In this document: positions 12,401-23,981 of the stretch, in pieces
How positions within the stretch are numbered: the first letter of the stretch is position 1
Layout: every line of letters starts with the position of its first letter
Origin: Squalus acanthias
Taxonomy: Eukaryota
DNA: 64,000 nt
Direction of reading: 5' to 3'
NCBI GenBank assembly: GCA_030390025.1
Contig: CM059432.1
Location: forward strand, 84,384,001 to 84,448,000
The notes under the pieces: generated by a model
Database searches by the model: none
What the model saw: the letters and a program-made list of their open reading frames with translations, nothing else
Told to the model about the DNA's origin: nothing
Made by a program: the position numbers and the translations under genes

Positions 12401-12695
12401 CTTGCTAGGCCATTTCAGAGGGCACTTAAGAGTCAACCACATTGCTGTGGGTCTGGAATCATATATAGGCCAGACCAGGTCAGGACGGAAGATTTCCTTC
12501 CCATTAGTGAACCAGATGGGTTTTTACGACAATTCGATAGTTTCATGGTTACCATTACTAATACTAGTAATTATTATTCCAGATTTATTTAATTAACTGA
12601 ATTTAAATTCCCCAGCTGTTGTGGTGGTCTCTGGATCATTAGTCCAGGCCTCTGGATTACTAGCCCAGTGACATTCCCACTACGCTACCATTCCC
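9433..12695 (-). mobile_element. CR1-group LINE with a single APE-RT reading frame (several stops/frameshifts), no ORF1, tRNA-like head, A-tail
   Basis: LTESYL, TYRPP, VGDFN, SDH (APE); NYRPISLL, LDIKAAFD, FADD (RT); YKAQVRSVMEY, SLHHRR; T8 at 9433-9440 is the tail. Confidence 0.88.
12375..12695 (-). promoter_or_regulatory. tRNA-like/SINE-like 5' region with a Pol III A box; B box not evident in this copy
   Basis: Minus strand TGGTAGCGTAGTGG (12691-12678) fits the A-box TRGCNNAGYGG; no A-tail between it and the LINE ORF. Confidence 0.65.
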
Positions 12696-13526
12696 TGTTG
12701 AGGGTGTGAGCTGGAATACAGGATAGGATGATTCCATCTAATATCTATAAATTATATTTTTATTTATATAACAGAGCACCATGTTCATCAAAACATCAAT
12801 CTCATATAAAGTGCACAATGTGGTTAGTGGACAGGATAGTTGATTTGTCTTTTTGTGTTTTTTTTTATATGCGTAAGGGATTAAAGCACCTTATCCTGCC
12901 AGTGACTTTCATTTTGATATCATTCATCTCACTTAGATAAAGTGTGTAAAATAGGTCAAGTCATCAGTACTGCAGGTGTCTCTAAAATTGTTAGCTCCGG
13001 TCTCCAGTCAGAACACCCTATAATTAGTATAAAGAGACGTTTGGTAATAACTAGGCAATATCTGCATTCATTCAGTACAGAACTGCTAATGTTTGGATCC
13101 ACTGCCTCTTAACATAACACCAACTGGGAGTAAAATAATTATCAGCCATTAGAAATGATCATAGTCAAGTACCTGAATGAGGTACAAATGAGTATTTTAC
13201 TGCAACTGGGAGAATTGCAACACACACAATCTGCATGTTGAAGAAATAGAAGCCCTCCTAATTGATGTAAATTACTGACTGAAAGCAAACATTTGACTTA
13301 TCATTTTTATTCCGCGGCCAATTGTTTTTATACACTTTTTGAGAAATGAAGGAACTTGTCACCTCTCTGGAAAAGTGTACCTGTCACATCCTGCATGTCG
13401 ATGGACAGGATACTTTGATCATTATCAATATCACTTTAATCTTCTCCAGGTGCCTGAAAAGAGTCGGTGGTAAAACAATGCATAAAAGCTGCTGTGAGCT
13501 GCACAGCTCCAGGTAGGATAGTTATT

Positions 13527-14273
13527 GAGGCAGAAATTCCGAACCCTACGGGTGTGTACGCGCTGTGTACTCACCCGTAGGGCCAACGGAAATTCCGGTT
13601 TCAGGCATGCATAGCGCATGCGCTGGAAACCGGCATTTCCGATCTGTCAAGAAAGCTCTTGACAGATCCTCCGCCTGCCCGGGAGAAGGGCCTCTGCGGG
13701 TGGAGAGTTCCGCTTTTTGGAGACCCTCCGCCCGCAGAAAACACTTACAATTCTTGTGCCTGGTAAAAGCTTTTACCAGGATAAGAGTTGAAAAAAGTAA
13801 AACAAAAAAAAAAAATTTCCACTGAATTATCATTTAAAAATACTTTAAAGAAAGGTAAGTTTATTTTTAGCCCCATTAAAAACTTTAATTATTTTTTTCA
13901 AAAAATAAAATTTTTGTTTAAAATACTTAATTTATGTAATTTAAAGTCATTTTAAAAATGTGATTTTTAAAAAAAAATTATTTGAAGTTTTACTATGTTT
14001 TGGGGGTGATCTCTATTCATATATTTGACTGGTCTTCCTGTCAAATGTATGATGGGAGATTCCCTTCTCTGATTGGCTCCCCATGGCCCACGTGATCCCA
14101 GGGACGCTGCGAACCACCTGCGCCTCTGGGATACGTGGGCCCTGCGCACCGGCAGTTTGGAGAGGCCCAGGAGTGGAACTCTGCGCCTCCCGGGAGCCCT
14201 CCGGTCTAGGCGCAGATTTTTCCAGATCGCAGCCCTCCGCCCGCGGGAGGCCTGCGAACGGAATTTCTGGGCC
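13527..14273. mobile_element. Harbinger-type MITE (747 bp)
   Basis: GAGGCAGAAATTCC / GGAATTTCTGGGCC, TSD ATT/ATT; reverse-complement sister at 45821-50748. Confidence 0.9.
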
Positions 14274-14518
14274 ATTGTCATTACGTAGCATTCCCAACAC
14301 TCCCGCTTTCGGCGATAGGTTTCCCACACGCTGCTCCTTGCAGCTCGGGCGAAGCAGTCCTTGTCTGCACAGTGGCCCGCCTGGCAACCAAACTGCTTTG
14401 TCTGAGCCCGCCTGTGCCCTGCTATTTGGAAACATCGCTTCGTTGCCAGTTGTGAGGATGACAGCATCGGGGCCGTCAAAAATCGCCTGGAATCTCCATG
14501 AGTTTTAAGAGAGCCACT

Positions 14519-14887
14519 GGAGGTGGGAGATAGAGACAGGAACACAAACTGCGGCGGTGGGGGGAGAGGGAGACAGAAAGACAATCTGGGGGGGAGGGGA
14601 GAGAGACAGAAACAAACTGGGGGGTGGGGCGGGAGAGAGACAGAAACACAAACTGGGGGGGGGGAGAGAGAGAGAAACACAAACTGGGGGAGAGAGAGAC
14701 AGAAACACAAACTGGGGGGGAGAGAGACAGAAACACAAACTGGGGGGGAGAGAGAGAGAAACACAAACTGGGGGGGAGAGAGACAGAAACACAAACTGGG
14801 GGGGAGAGAGAGAGAAACACAAACTGGGGGAGAGAGAGACAGAAACACAAACTGGGGAGAGAGAGACAGAAACACAAACTGGGGGGG
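14519..14887. repeat. G-rich ~28-bp minisatellite, block 1
   Basis: (G5-10)AGAGAGACAGAAACACAAACT tandem units. Confidence 0.97.
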
Positions 14888-16352
14888 TGTAAAATTCGCA
14901 ATTATTGCGATTCGAAATAACGAGATAAAGCAGATTCGTTTCATCAGTTTTATTTCAACGAAATGCTGTCATGATTAAACAGGACACAGAAGCCTGTAAA
15001 ATGGCCGCCGCGCCTCGTGGCAGAAGCTTCCAGAATTTTCAGTGGGCAGACAAAATGGCGTTCGAATAAACATTTATAAGTAATACGCAGCAAACACTGA
15101 TAAAGACAGGATGCAACCTGTCTGCATTCGACACAATAGCAAGATATAAGTGCTGGAATCATTTTCCATGCACAAGTAAGGACCATTGTACTGGGCAATC
15201 GAAGGCCCATCCAGATACATCAATACGCAAATTCCCCACGGCTCTACAATGAGAGAGCCATTCTCGGGTGATTAAGTCAGTATTCGAGGAGGCCCCAAAA
15301 CCAGTCAGGGAGACTCCTAGCCGGTTCGACAATGGGGAAAACATTAACGGGTAGTTGGCCAGTTTAAGGTGCTACCGAAACCCATTAAAGGAAAGAATCA
15401 CCCCATACTGGGAATTTTGAGCGCCAAGATTGTACAAAGGATGAACATTAAGATTTGGGCGGGAGATAAGGGAACACAGCACTATAACTATAGTGAACAA
15501 ACGTCCATCTCTCTCTTATTCCTCTGATCCTCCCGGGGCTGATTGGTTTTGAACTGACTCTTGACTGTTTTATCTCGCTGATGACTGCTGAACTTTTATT
15601 CTCCTCTTCTGATCCTCGGGGATCGCTCTGCTGGACGAGCAGCCTTCTGTGTTTTCTCTGGACTCTGTTGACTATGTTGGGTGGGGCTCAAACGGAACGA
15701 GTCGCCTCGACGAAGGCCAGTGACCGGGTGCACCATCCCGAGAGTTGGTAAACGGTGTTTGGACCCGAAGGCCCGAAGAAGACGAGACGAGATGAGACGA
15801 GACGAGAAGAAGAGGAGAAGAAGTGGGGTACAGGGACCCCTCCAAACACGTGACAGTCAGGCGCTGCAGCGAAACGAATCGAGTGCCTCGTTTAAAATTC
15901 TCCGAAGTATCACGAATGGTGAGCATGTTTCCTCGATCCTACAAATCTAGATTAGTGTAGGTATTGATAGGGGAGGGTGGTTTTATTAAGGATAAAGTAT
16001 AATGTGTTCCCCTTTTTACGATGTGCCGTGCATTCTTCATTACCATAGACCAAGCTTTATGAATGTATGTATACTTGTACTATCGTTAATTTGTGCCTAT
16101 GACATGTACTTCATGATTTTGGACGTTATGCAATAAAGATTTCCATTTCGTACTATTCAACCGGGTCTATTTGAGTTTTCTCTGCATTACTGCTCTCGCA
16201 CCTAAGTCCAGTGTTAGAACCGTAAGGGCGAGTGAGTCGAACCACTCACAGGTGCTTATTGCAACAAGGCTGGCCGGAGACCAGAGCAAGCAATAGTATT
16301 AGGCAACGAAGGCCTAACCCCGCACAAGCACCCACGAACCGAACCCCTTACA
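14888..16352 (+). mobile_element. Solo LTR (1465 bp) inside the minisatellite
   Basis: TGTAA...TTACA termini, GGGG on both sides, AATAAA at 16132, 3' segment similar to the 3' end of LTR 17043-18497. Confidence 0.85.
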
Positions 16353-17042
16353 GGGGAGAGACAGAAACACAAAATGGGGGGGAGAGACAGAAACTCAAAC
16401 TGGGGGAGAGAGAGACAGAAACACAAACTGGGGGGGGAGAGAGACAGAAACACAAACTGGGGGGGGAAGAGAGACAGAAACACAAACTGGGGGAGAGAGA
16501 GACAGAAACTCAAACTGGGGGAGAGAGAGACAGAAACACAAACTGGGGGGAGCGAGAGACAGAAACACAAACTGGGGCAGAGAGACAAAAACACAAACTG
16601 GGGGGGGAAGAGAGACAGAAACACAAACTGGGGGAGAGAGAGACAGAAACTCAAACTGGGGGGGGAAGAGAGACAGAAACACAAAATGGGGGGGAGAGAC
16701 AGAAACTCAAACTGGGGGAGAGAGAGACAGAAACACAAACTGGGGGGAGCGAGAGACAGAAACACAAACTGTGGGGGAGAGAGAGAGACAGAAACACAAA
16801 CTGGGGGGAGAGAGACAGAAACACAAACTGGGGGGAGCGAGAGACAGAAACACAAACTGGGGTGGAGAAACAGAAACACAAACTGGGGGGGCGAGAGAGA
16901 CAGAAACACAAACTGGGGGGGCGAGAGAGACAGAAACACAAACTGGGGGGCGAGAGAGACAGAAACACAAACTGGGGGGGCGAGAGAGACAGAAACACAA
17001 ACTGGGGGGTGAGAGAGACAGAAATACAAACTTGGGATGGGG
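16353..17042. repeat. G-rich ~28-bp minisatellite, block 2 (a last unit resumes at ~22757-22788)
   Basis: Same unit as block 1. Confidence 0.97.
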
Positions 17043-18497
17043 TGTAGGCTTTGCAAAGTCCCCCAGAAACTTGTATAGAACCCTAAAGGGGGTGAGTTTT
17101 GGATCTGAACACGAATTTGGAATGATGGGACCTAAATGAAGGAATTTGAGGTCAAAACCTCAGTTTTGGACTTTAAGGATCAGGGGAAGAAAACCCTGAG
17201 GAAAAAGACTTTGGATAAGACACCTTTTTAAAAGGGCCATTGGGTAAACCTGCAGTCACAGAAACACAGGCTCCAGGAAAGGGTGTGGTGAGGCAGTGGA
17301 CAGCTTTTGGGTATTGGGACCGAGCCAAGCTGTCTGGGAGATGTTTGCACTGCAATCCAACGAAGGAGGAAGAGCCTCACCCAAAACCTCACATACACAT
17401 CCAAAAAAATGAATAAACCAAAACCCCTTTTGAAATCCCCAGGTCCAAACAGAATTCCTAACAATAAAACGTCCAGTACACAGCTTCACAGCCTGTCATC
17501 CCATCAAAAACCAATCAGCCAAGAAGATCGACAGGATGCAAACCATCCCAAAAAAAACATTTGACACTTACAGAACCCATTAAAGACATACATAAAGATA
17601 GAAGTGCTAGACCCAGTCAAGAAACCCAAAACATGAGGACAATTCAAACTCCGATTAAACAACAGATTGACAGGATGGAGCTATCCTGAAAATCACTTCA
17701 CACATTTACAAAACCAGTTAACATGCTAGTAAAGTCGTTACTGTTAACGAGGTCTTACAATGACCGGGATTTGATTTGGTTTTGATAAGGCCACTTCAAT
17801 TTAGTATAATTGAAGGCCCATCAAGCAGTTCTCCAGTAAAACAGTTCAAGTTCAACAGAAGGCAGTTCTGCAGTTCAATCGAAAAGCCTGTTTTCAGCAG
17901 AAGTCGGGGCTGGAGTTACAGAGTTCAGGAGAAGCAAGGAAGAAGCAGCAAGGAGTTCCACAGTTCTGCAAGAAGGCAGTTCCACAGCTCGGAAGAAGAC
18001 AGTTTAAACAGAGGCAGAGTTCAACAGAAAGAAGTACAACAAAGAAGGCCAGCAGTTCAAGAGACCAGAGCGACCGCCTCAGTGACCATCGGACACCTCG
18101 CGGCAACAAGGGCCTTATGAAACCTTTTACTCAAAAGACTCTAAACCCTAACTCTCAACTGTCAAGAACTGTCATTTGGTGAGCATTATCCCTGATCTTC
18201 TCGAATCAAACCTAGCTAGGCAGTGGGATTTGGGAGGGATAAGGGTTTTTGTATATTATAATTCTCCCTCGCCTGTACCGTGTGTTCCCCAACCTGTGTT
18301 TAAGCATTAAGTGTGTTTTAAGTTTGTTACCTTTTTCTTTAATAAAAGTCAAAATTCTTTCATCAAAACCTGTTGTCTACTGCACCTTTGTTCGCAACCC
18401 CCAAATAAGTCCAAGGTCTAGAACCAGGGGCGTGGGAGCGATTCGAACCACTCACTGAGTCAGAGGTGAACCTGACCCCCACACACCACCCCCTACA
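17043..18497 (+). repeat. 5' LTR, 1455 bp
   Basis: TGTAGG...CCTACA termini, AATAAA at 18341, followed by TA and the PBS. Confidence 0.9.
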
Positions 18498-18499
18498 TA

Positions 18500-18516
18500 T
18501 GGCGACCGTGGCGGGA
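18500..18516 (+). promoter_or_regulatory. Primer-binding site, tRNA-Arg type
   Basis: TGGCGACCGTGGCGGGA vs complement of the vertebrate tRNA-Arg(TCG) 3' end as recalled, TGGCGACCGCGGCAGGA; both differences would be G.U pairs. Confidence 0.8.
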
Positions 18517-18570
18517 GCTTGGCAAAAGTGTTGTGAAGCAGTAGACGCTGTTTTTGAGGAGAGAACAAAA

Positions 18571-20322
18571 ATGGAAGAGAGGATGTCATCCTATGTGTAA
18601 AAAAAGGTTAATATAACCAAGAAATGGGTACTCAGGCTGTTGCATGCTGAACATCCTATGGACGCTGCAGCTACATGGACTGAGAGCAAGGAATATAATA
18701 AGTCTGTGGAAAAGGCCATATGGTTGGTCTGCTCCCAGAAACAGATGCAGCTTATGGGGAAGCGCATTCAGACTCTCATAGAAGAGCTAAGGGAAGAAAG
18801 CCAACTGTCCCGTGCCAGAGCCATAGTAGGGGAGAGGTTGTTAGCAGAGCTAAACTCAAAGATCAGGAACAGTTGCAGATAATAGAGGAACACCGTGCCA
18901 GTAAGGGATACCTCCAGTGTCAGGCCACCGAGGCCAAAAGTAGTGAACTGGCATTGCGAGAAGAGAACACCCGCCTTGCCAAGCAATTAAGGGAATTACA
19001 AGAAAAGTTAAAAGACGTTCAGACAGCTTACAGAGTAGCCAGTACTAGGGGGTTTGAGGTAGGAGACCACGGCCCCTGTCAGAAGCAGATTGAGAGTCTG
19101 AACCTTGCTCTGTCTAAGGCAAAAGGCATGGTGTGCCTGATAAGCCCGGGTGCGGCCCAGGAAGGCCTGGAAGAGCAGGGGGAGACTGTTCGACCACCAC
19201 CTGTGGCGCCAAGGAGAAGCTTAGTTAGGCAGCAGGAGGGGCAGATAATCTGTGAGGCTGACAGGGAGTGCACACCACCACCTGTGGCGTCGAGTTTTGA
19301 CTCGGTCTGGCAGCAGGGAGAGGGGGGCAAACCGAAGCAGGAAAAGTCGGGGCCGGGGCCGATGTGCCCAGCCCGACAGCAAAAGTTTGGCCCGCCCACC
19401 AGTGGTGGAGGTCAGGGACACCTTGAAAATCAATTCGTGGCTCCCCACGGTACCCAACAGCTTAGGGTTATGGTAAGCCACCTGAGTAAACTTACCCAAA
19501 AGGGAGACACCTCAGTCCACTTCATGGAAGTGGAACAGGCAGCAGGCATCAATGACTGTGATGATGCCGAGATGGCAAAAATGCTCCTGTTCTCACTGGA
19601 TGGCAAGCTATACCAGTCTCTCTCTGCTGAGAGCGAGAGAGGACAGAATGGGTATGCTGCCGTTAGAGAAGAAGTTTTAGAGGCCATGGGGATGAACGAT
19701 GGAAGTCCCTTCTCCCAGGTGGAGAGGACAGTGCAGCTCGCAGGGGAGACCCCACAGGCTTTCGCAGACAGGCTGTGGCCTGTGCACAGGGGTGCTTGTA
19801 ATAGGGATCTCGACCGAGCGAACCTGAACAGGGACGAGCTGGCCCACTGGCTCCGTAGCCTAGTGGCAAACAGCTTGCCACGAATCAAAGCCAAGGCTGA
19901 GCTTTGGTTTGACCATAGAGACCCCCGGGTCACCGAGGAGGCAGTGGTCAGACAACTGACCCTAGCCTACCTGGAACGGTAGAGGGGCTGAAGAGCCCCC
20001 ACCAAAAGGAAAGGTGTATGAAATAAAGCCCAGTCAGGATAAGAAGGAGTGGCACCAGGAAGGTGGTAAACCTTCCGACACAAAGCGTAACTGCTTCGGG
20101 TGCGGGAAGAGTGGGCACTGGAGAAAGGATTGTAGAAATCCCTGGATGGATATACTAACAAAGAATTCCCCAGCTTTTGCCCCAAAAGTAGAGGCACCGA
20201 CCTCTTCCCCCACACTGGACACAATAGTAGCGGCCATCAGAGTCCTGTTTGGTGGCCCAGGGAAGGTAGCTACAGCCACTGGTGCTGCAATCCCATCTGC
20301 CCCCCCTAACGCAGACCTATGA
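18571..20322 (+). pseudogene. gag: gag (coiled-coil N-terminus, capsid-like region, CCHC knuckle), one early stop and two frameshifts
   Basis: ORFs 18640-18882, 18720-19982, 20014-20322; CFGCGKSGHWRKDC. Confidence 0.85.
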
Positions 20323-20958
20323 CTAGAACCAGCGCAGCCTGTCTACCTGTGTTCCCCGGGATACGATGGTAAGATGGGGGTGGAGAAAGTGCAGGGGAGA
20401 TGTTTGGTGGACACCGGAGCTGCCAGCACGGTGGTCCATTCGGAAGACCTGACCAATTCACCCAGGTCTAACGGGGTCTCGTACAGTTTAATGGGAGTCA
20501 CAGGGAACGAGCAGGCTGGGGCAATGTCCAAACCTTTGGACATAGATTTAGGATCCTTCCATACCACGTGGGAGGGTAACCAAAAGGCCGGCAAGTTGGC
20601 CAAGCAGGGGGCCAGGGAAGGAGAGTTCTGGGATCCCTATAAAGCAGGTCCGGTAGCCGCAATCCGGGACAAGGGAGGCACACAGTGGGTAGCTTTGCCC
20701 CCGGACTTAAAGCAGGTCCAAGCACAGGATCCCATCCTTAAGGCCATCCTGGTAAAGAGAGAGAATGGGGAATCCATAGAAGGTCCGTTCAGGGCAGCGG
20801 ACGAGATTTTAAAACAAATTCACTGGCAAGCAGCCAGTAACCTGGGGAGCCAGCAGCAGAAAAATCGGCTGCTGTTAGAACCCCAGAGAACCCACGAGTG
20901 GGAGATTGACCAGTGTAAGCTGTTCAAACCCGGAAGCAGGGAACTGCCCCCAAGTTAG
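20323..20958 (+). pseudogene. pol: pro/pol remnant: aspartic protease fused to RNase H C-terminus and integrase-proximal linker; RT deleted
   Basis: LVDTGA; HTTW|EGNQKAGKLAKQGA; LKQVQAQDPILK; no YxDD. Confidence 0.78.
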
Positions 20959-22166
20959 AAATCCTCAGCCAGCAGCAGCTGTGGCAGACGCACAAGCTGC
21001 AGCGGCAGGGACAGTGTGCTGTTTCACAGGAGAGAACCCTCCACCGATTACATGGGACTCAAGCACACCCCCAGTGGCCAGAGTCCTAAGAAGGTCTCCC
21101 CACACACCACAGCCAAGGCTACTGTGGCCACAGGTGTATCAGTTTACAGGGTCCCACCCAAAGAGGGCTGCAACCCGAAAAAGAGCACCCAAGAGCAGGG
21201 AGCGTTCTAAAGTTGGGGATCCCCAGCCTACAGCCTCCAACAGTGAGGGACTCACAGGAGAGGTAGTACTGGGAGAAGAGAGAGAGAAGGCTCCCCAGCC
21301 TGCTGCCTCAGGCTAGGAGGAGCTCACAGATATGAACGAGGGCGCTGCAGCCACACCAAAGGGGGTAGTGTGCTGCAGCACAGGAGTCGGCTGGGATAAT
21401 AAGATACCCCCAGTGGTTTTGAGGAAGGCCTTCTGGGTCCGGCGGTACAGGCTGCACTACACCCAGGTGTACAAGCCATCCAGAGGCCACAAAAGGCAGA
21501 GGCTAAACAGAATTTAGCCCTGCCGTCCAGAGACGGGCGGAGAATGGACAGAGTTTTAATGTATTTTAGTGTTTTACAGTTTGGTAGTTTTAGGATTTTT
21601 TAGAATTAAGGATTTTAGTGAGTAAGTTTGAAAGTTTCTCGCGAATCGATCACCTGTCCAGCCAGAGAACCTTCTCGGGACATGGCTGTCTGTTTTGTGT
21701 GTCCCTACAGAAAGGAAATCGGCATGAGAAAGGTCCTGCTCCTGCTCGCCCTGGTAGGGGTGAGCATCGGTGACTTGCTGTGCACAAAATGCAAGGGAAA
21801 GGGCAGAGTGCTCCGATCCCGACATGAGAAAGCATGGGACCAGCATTGCAATAAAGTCTATGGCCAGGTTTAGGGCAAGCCTTAATTTGTTTTTATTAAA
21901 ATGAATAAAATTTTGTGATCGTGTATTATTTTTACTATGTATATACTGTGTTTTCCAAGTGGTGCAGGGGTGTTGGACTCCCTCCGTGCTTGGATGTGTA
22001 TGTAAAGATTGATTTTACCTGTATGTACCTAAAACACCACATTTAAAGGGGAATGTATGTTTTTTTTTTAGTTTAGCTAATTATAGGGGAAGGTTGGTTT
22101 TCGGGGATCATAAATTTTGCTCACCTGGTCATGATACTAAGTCAAGTTCAGTATCACATGGGGGAG

Positions 22167-22692
22167 TGTAGGCTTCGCAAAATCCCCCAGAAACTTGTAT
22201 AGAACCCTAAAGGGGGTGAGTTTTGGATCTGAACACGAATTTGGAATAATGGGACCTAAATGAAGGAATTTGAGGTCCAAACCTCAGTTTTGGACTTTAA
22301 GGATCAGGGGAAGAAAACCCTGAGGAAAAAGACTTTGGATAAGACACCTTTTTAAAAGGGCCATTGGGTAAACCTGCAGTCACAGAAACACAGGCTGCAG
22401 GAAAGGGTGTGGTGAGGCAGTAGACAGCTTTTGCATATTGGGACCGAGCCAAGCTGTCTGGGAGATGTTTGCACTGCGATCCAACCAAGGAGGATGAGCC
22501 TCACCCGAAACCTCACAAACACATCCAAAAAAATGAATAAACCAAAACCCCTTTTGAAATCCCCAGGTCCAAACAGAATTCCTAACAATAAAACGTCCAG
22601 TACACAGCTTCACAGCCCGTCATCCCATCAAAAACCAATCAGCCAAGAAGATCGACAGGATGCAAACCATCCCAAAAAAAAACATTTGACAC
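22167..22692 (+). repeat. 3' LTR truncated after ~525 bp, preceded by a polypurine tract (GGGGGAG, 22160-22166)
   Basis: Matches the 5' LTR from TGTAGG to CATTTGACAC, then diverges. Confidence 0.9.
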
Positions 22693-22758
22693 GTCTCAAA
22701 GCGCTTTACAACCAATGAAGTACTTTTGGAGTGTAGTCACTGTTGTAATGTGGGAAAC
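22693..22758 (-). mobile_element. SINE 3' fragment (HE1-like)
   Basis: CAAAGCGCTTTACAACCAATGAAGTACTTTTGGAGTGTAGTCACTGTTGTAATG, recognised from memory of shark SINE tails. Confidence 0.5.
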
Positions 22759-22925
22759 TGGTGGGGAGAGAGACAGAAACACAAACCAGGCGGGGGAGTG
22801 GGGCTTCTCTCTGAGGACTGAGCCTGTCTCCCTGAAGCTGGGCTTCAGGGGTGGCATGTGGGAGTCGGTAAATTGAATTAGGTTTGTTTGCTTTTATTTA
22901 TTGTTTGGTTTTATATATTTTATTT

Positions 22926-23981
22926 CTTCTTCTTCTTAGGCAGTCCATCGGAACCGAGGATGACTTGCTTCCACATTAAAAATGATTTCTCGGATGACTG
23001 ATGAGTCCAATGCGGGACCTACAGTCTCTGTCACAGGTGGGGCAGACAGTGATTGAAGGGGCGGGTGGGTGGGGTGCTTGAGTTGACGTGCGCTCCCTCC
23101 GCTGTTTGCGCTTGGCTTCCGCTTGCTCCTGGCGAAGAGACTCGAGATTTTGGGCCAGGGATTCCCAGGTGTCGGTGGGGATGTTGCACTTTTTCAAGGA
23201 GGCTTTGAGGGTGTCCTTGAAGCGTTTCCTCTGCCCACCTGGGGCTCTCTTGCCATGTCGGAGCTCAGAGTAGAGCGCTTGTTTTGGGAGTCTCGTATCG
23301 GGCATGCAGACGATGTGACCCGTCCATCGGAGCTGATCGAGCGTGGTCAAAGCTTCGATGCTGGGGATGTTGGCCTGAGCGAGAACACTGACGTTGGTGC
23401 ACCTATCCTGCCAATGGATTTGCAGGATCTTGCGGAGGCAGCGTTGGTGGTACCTCTCCAGTGCTTTGAGGTGCCTGCTGTACATGGTCCATGTCTCTGA
23501 GGCATACAGGAGGGCGGGTATTACTACTGCTCTGTAATAATTCTTTTGCGCAGTCAAGACCGCCTACGGCCCAAGCACCCAAGGTCTACCCCACTGCGGG
23601 CCAAGAACGGAGAGGTACTCATCAAGGACAGGGAGGCAGTCAGTGCTCGCTGGAAGGAGCACTTCGAAGATCTCCTTAACCAAGACTCTGTCTTCGACGC
23701 GAGTGTCCTCAACTCCATCCCGCAGCATGCTACCCGCCACCATCTCAGCACAACCCCAGCCCGGCATGAGGTTGAAAAGGCCATCCGACAACTGAAGAAC
23801 AACAAGGCCTCAGGAGCAGATGGAATCCCTGCCGAGGCGCTAAAGCATGGCGGAGAAGCACTATTGGCGCAAATTCATTAACTCTTTTCTCTTATCTGGA
23901 AGGAGGAGAGCATGCCAGGGGATCTCAGAGACACCGTAATTGTGACCATCTTCAAGAAAGGTGATAAGTCCGATTGCGGTA
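22926..23981 (-). mobile_element. RTE-clade LINE, 5'-truncated with an inverted segment
   Basis: Minus 22926-23536: YRAVVIPALLYASETW, QLRWTGH, RLPKQ, CPTC..H zinc motif, (GAA)n tail; plus 23541-23981: RWKEHF..KASGADGIPAE..DKSDCGN; TSD ATTTTATTT. Confidence 0.9.

Larger units (their letters stand above)
17043..22692 (+). mobile_element. Internally deleted LTR retroelement (retrovirus-like or Gypsy): LTR-PBS-gag-pro-deleted pol-PPT-truncated LTR
   Basis: Direct repeats 17043-17567 and 22167-22692 (~97% by eye), CCHC knuckle, DTG protease. Confidence 0.92.

Noticed and set aside
12600..12695. tRNA gene
   Set aside because: A box only; no T-arm or cloverleaf; it is the head of a retroelement.
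13381..13453. Minus-strand exon-like segment (TTTTCAG...CAG/GTAC)
   Set aside because: Stops in all three frames and no recognisable homology.
14519..17042. CRISPR-like ~28-bp repeat array
   Set aside because: No unique spacers, no cas genes, eukaryotic context.
13967..17139. Long ORFs in all frames (RETETQTGG, PQFVFLSLS)
   Set aside because: Translation of a stop-free minisatellite, not genes.
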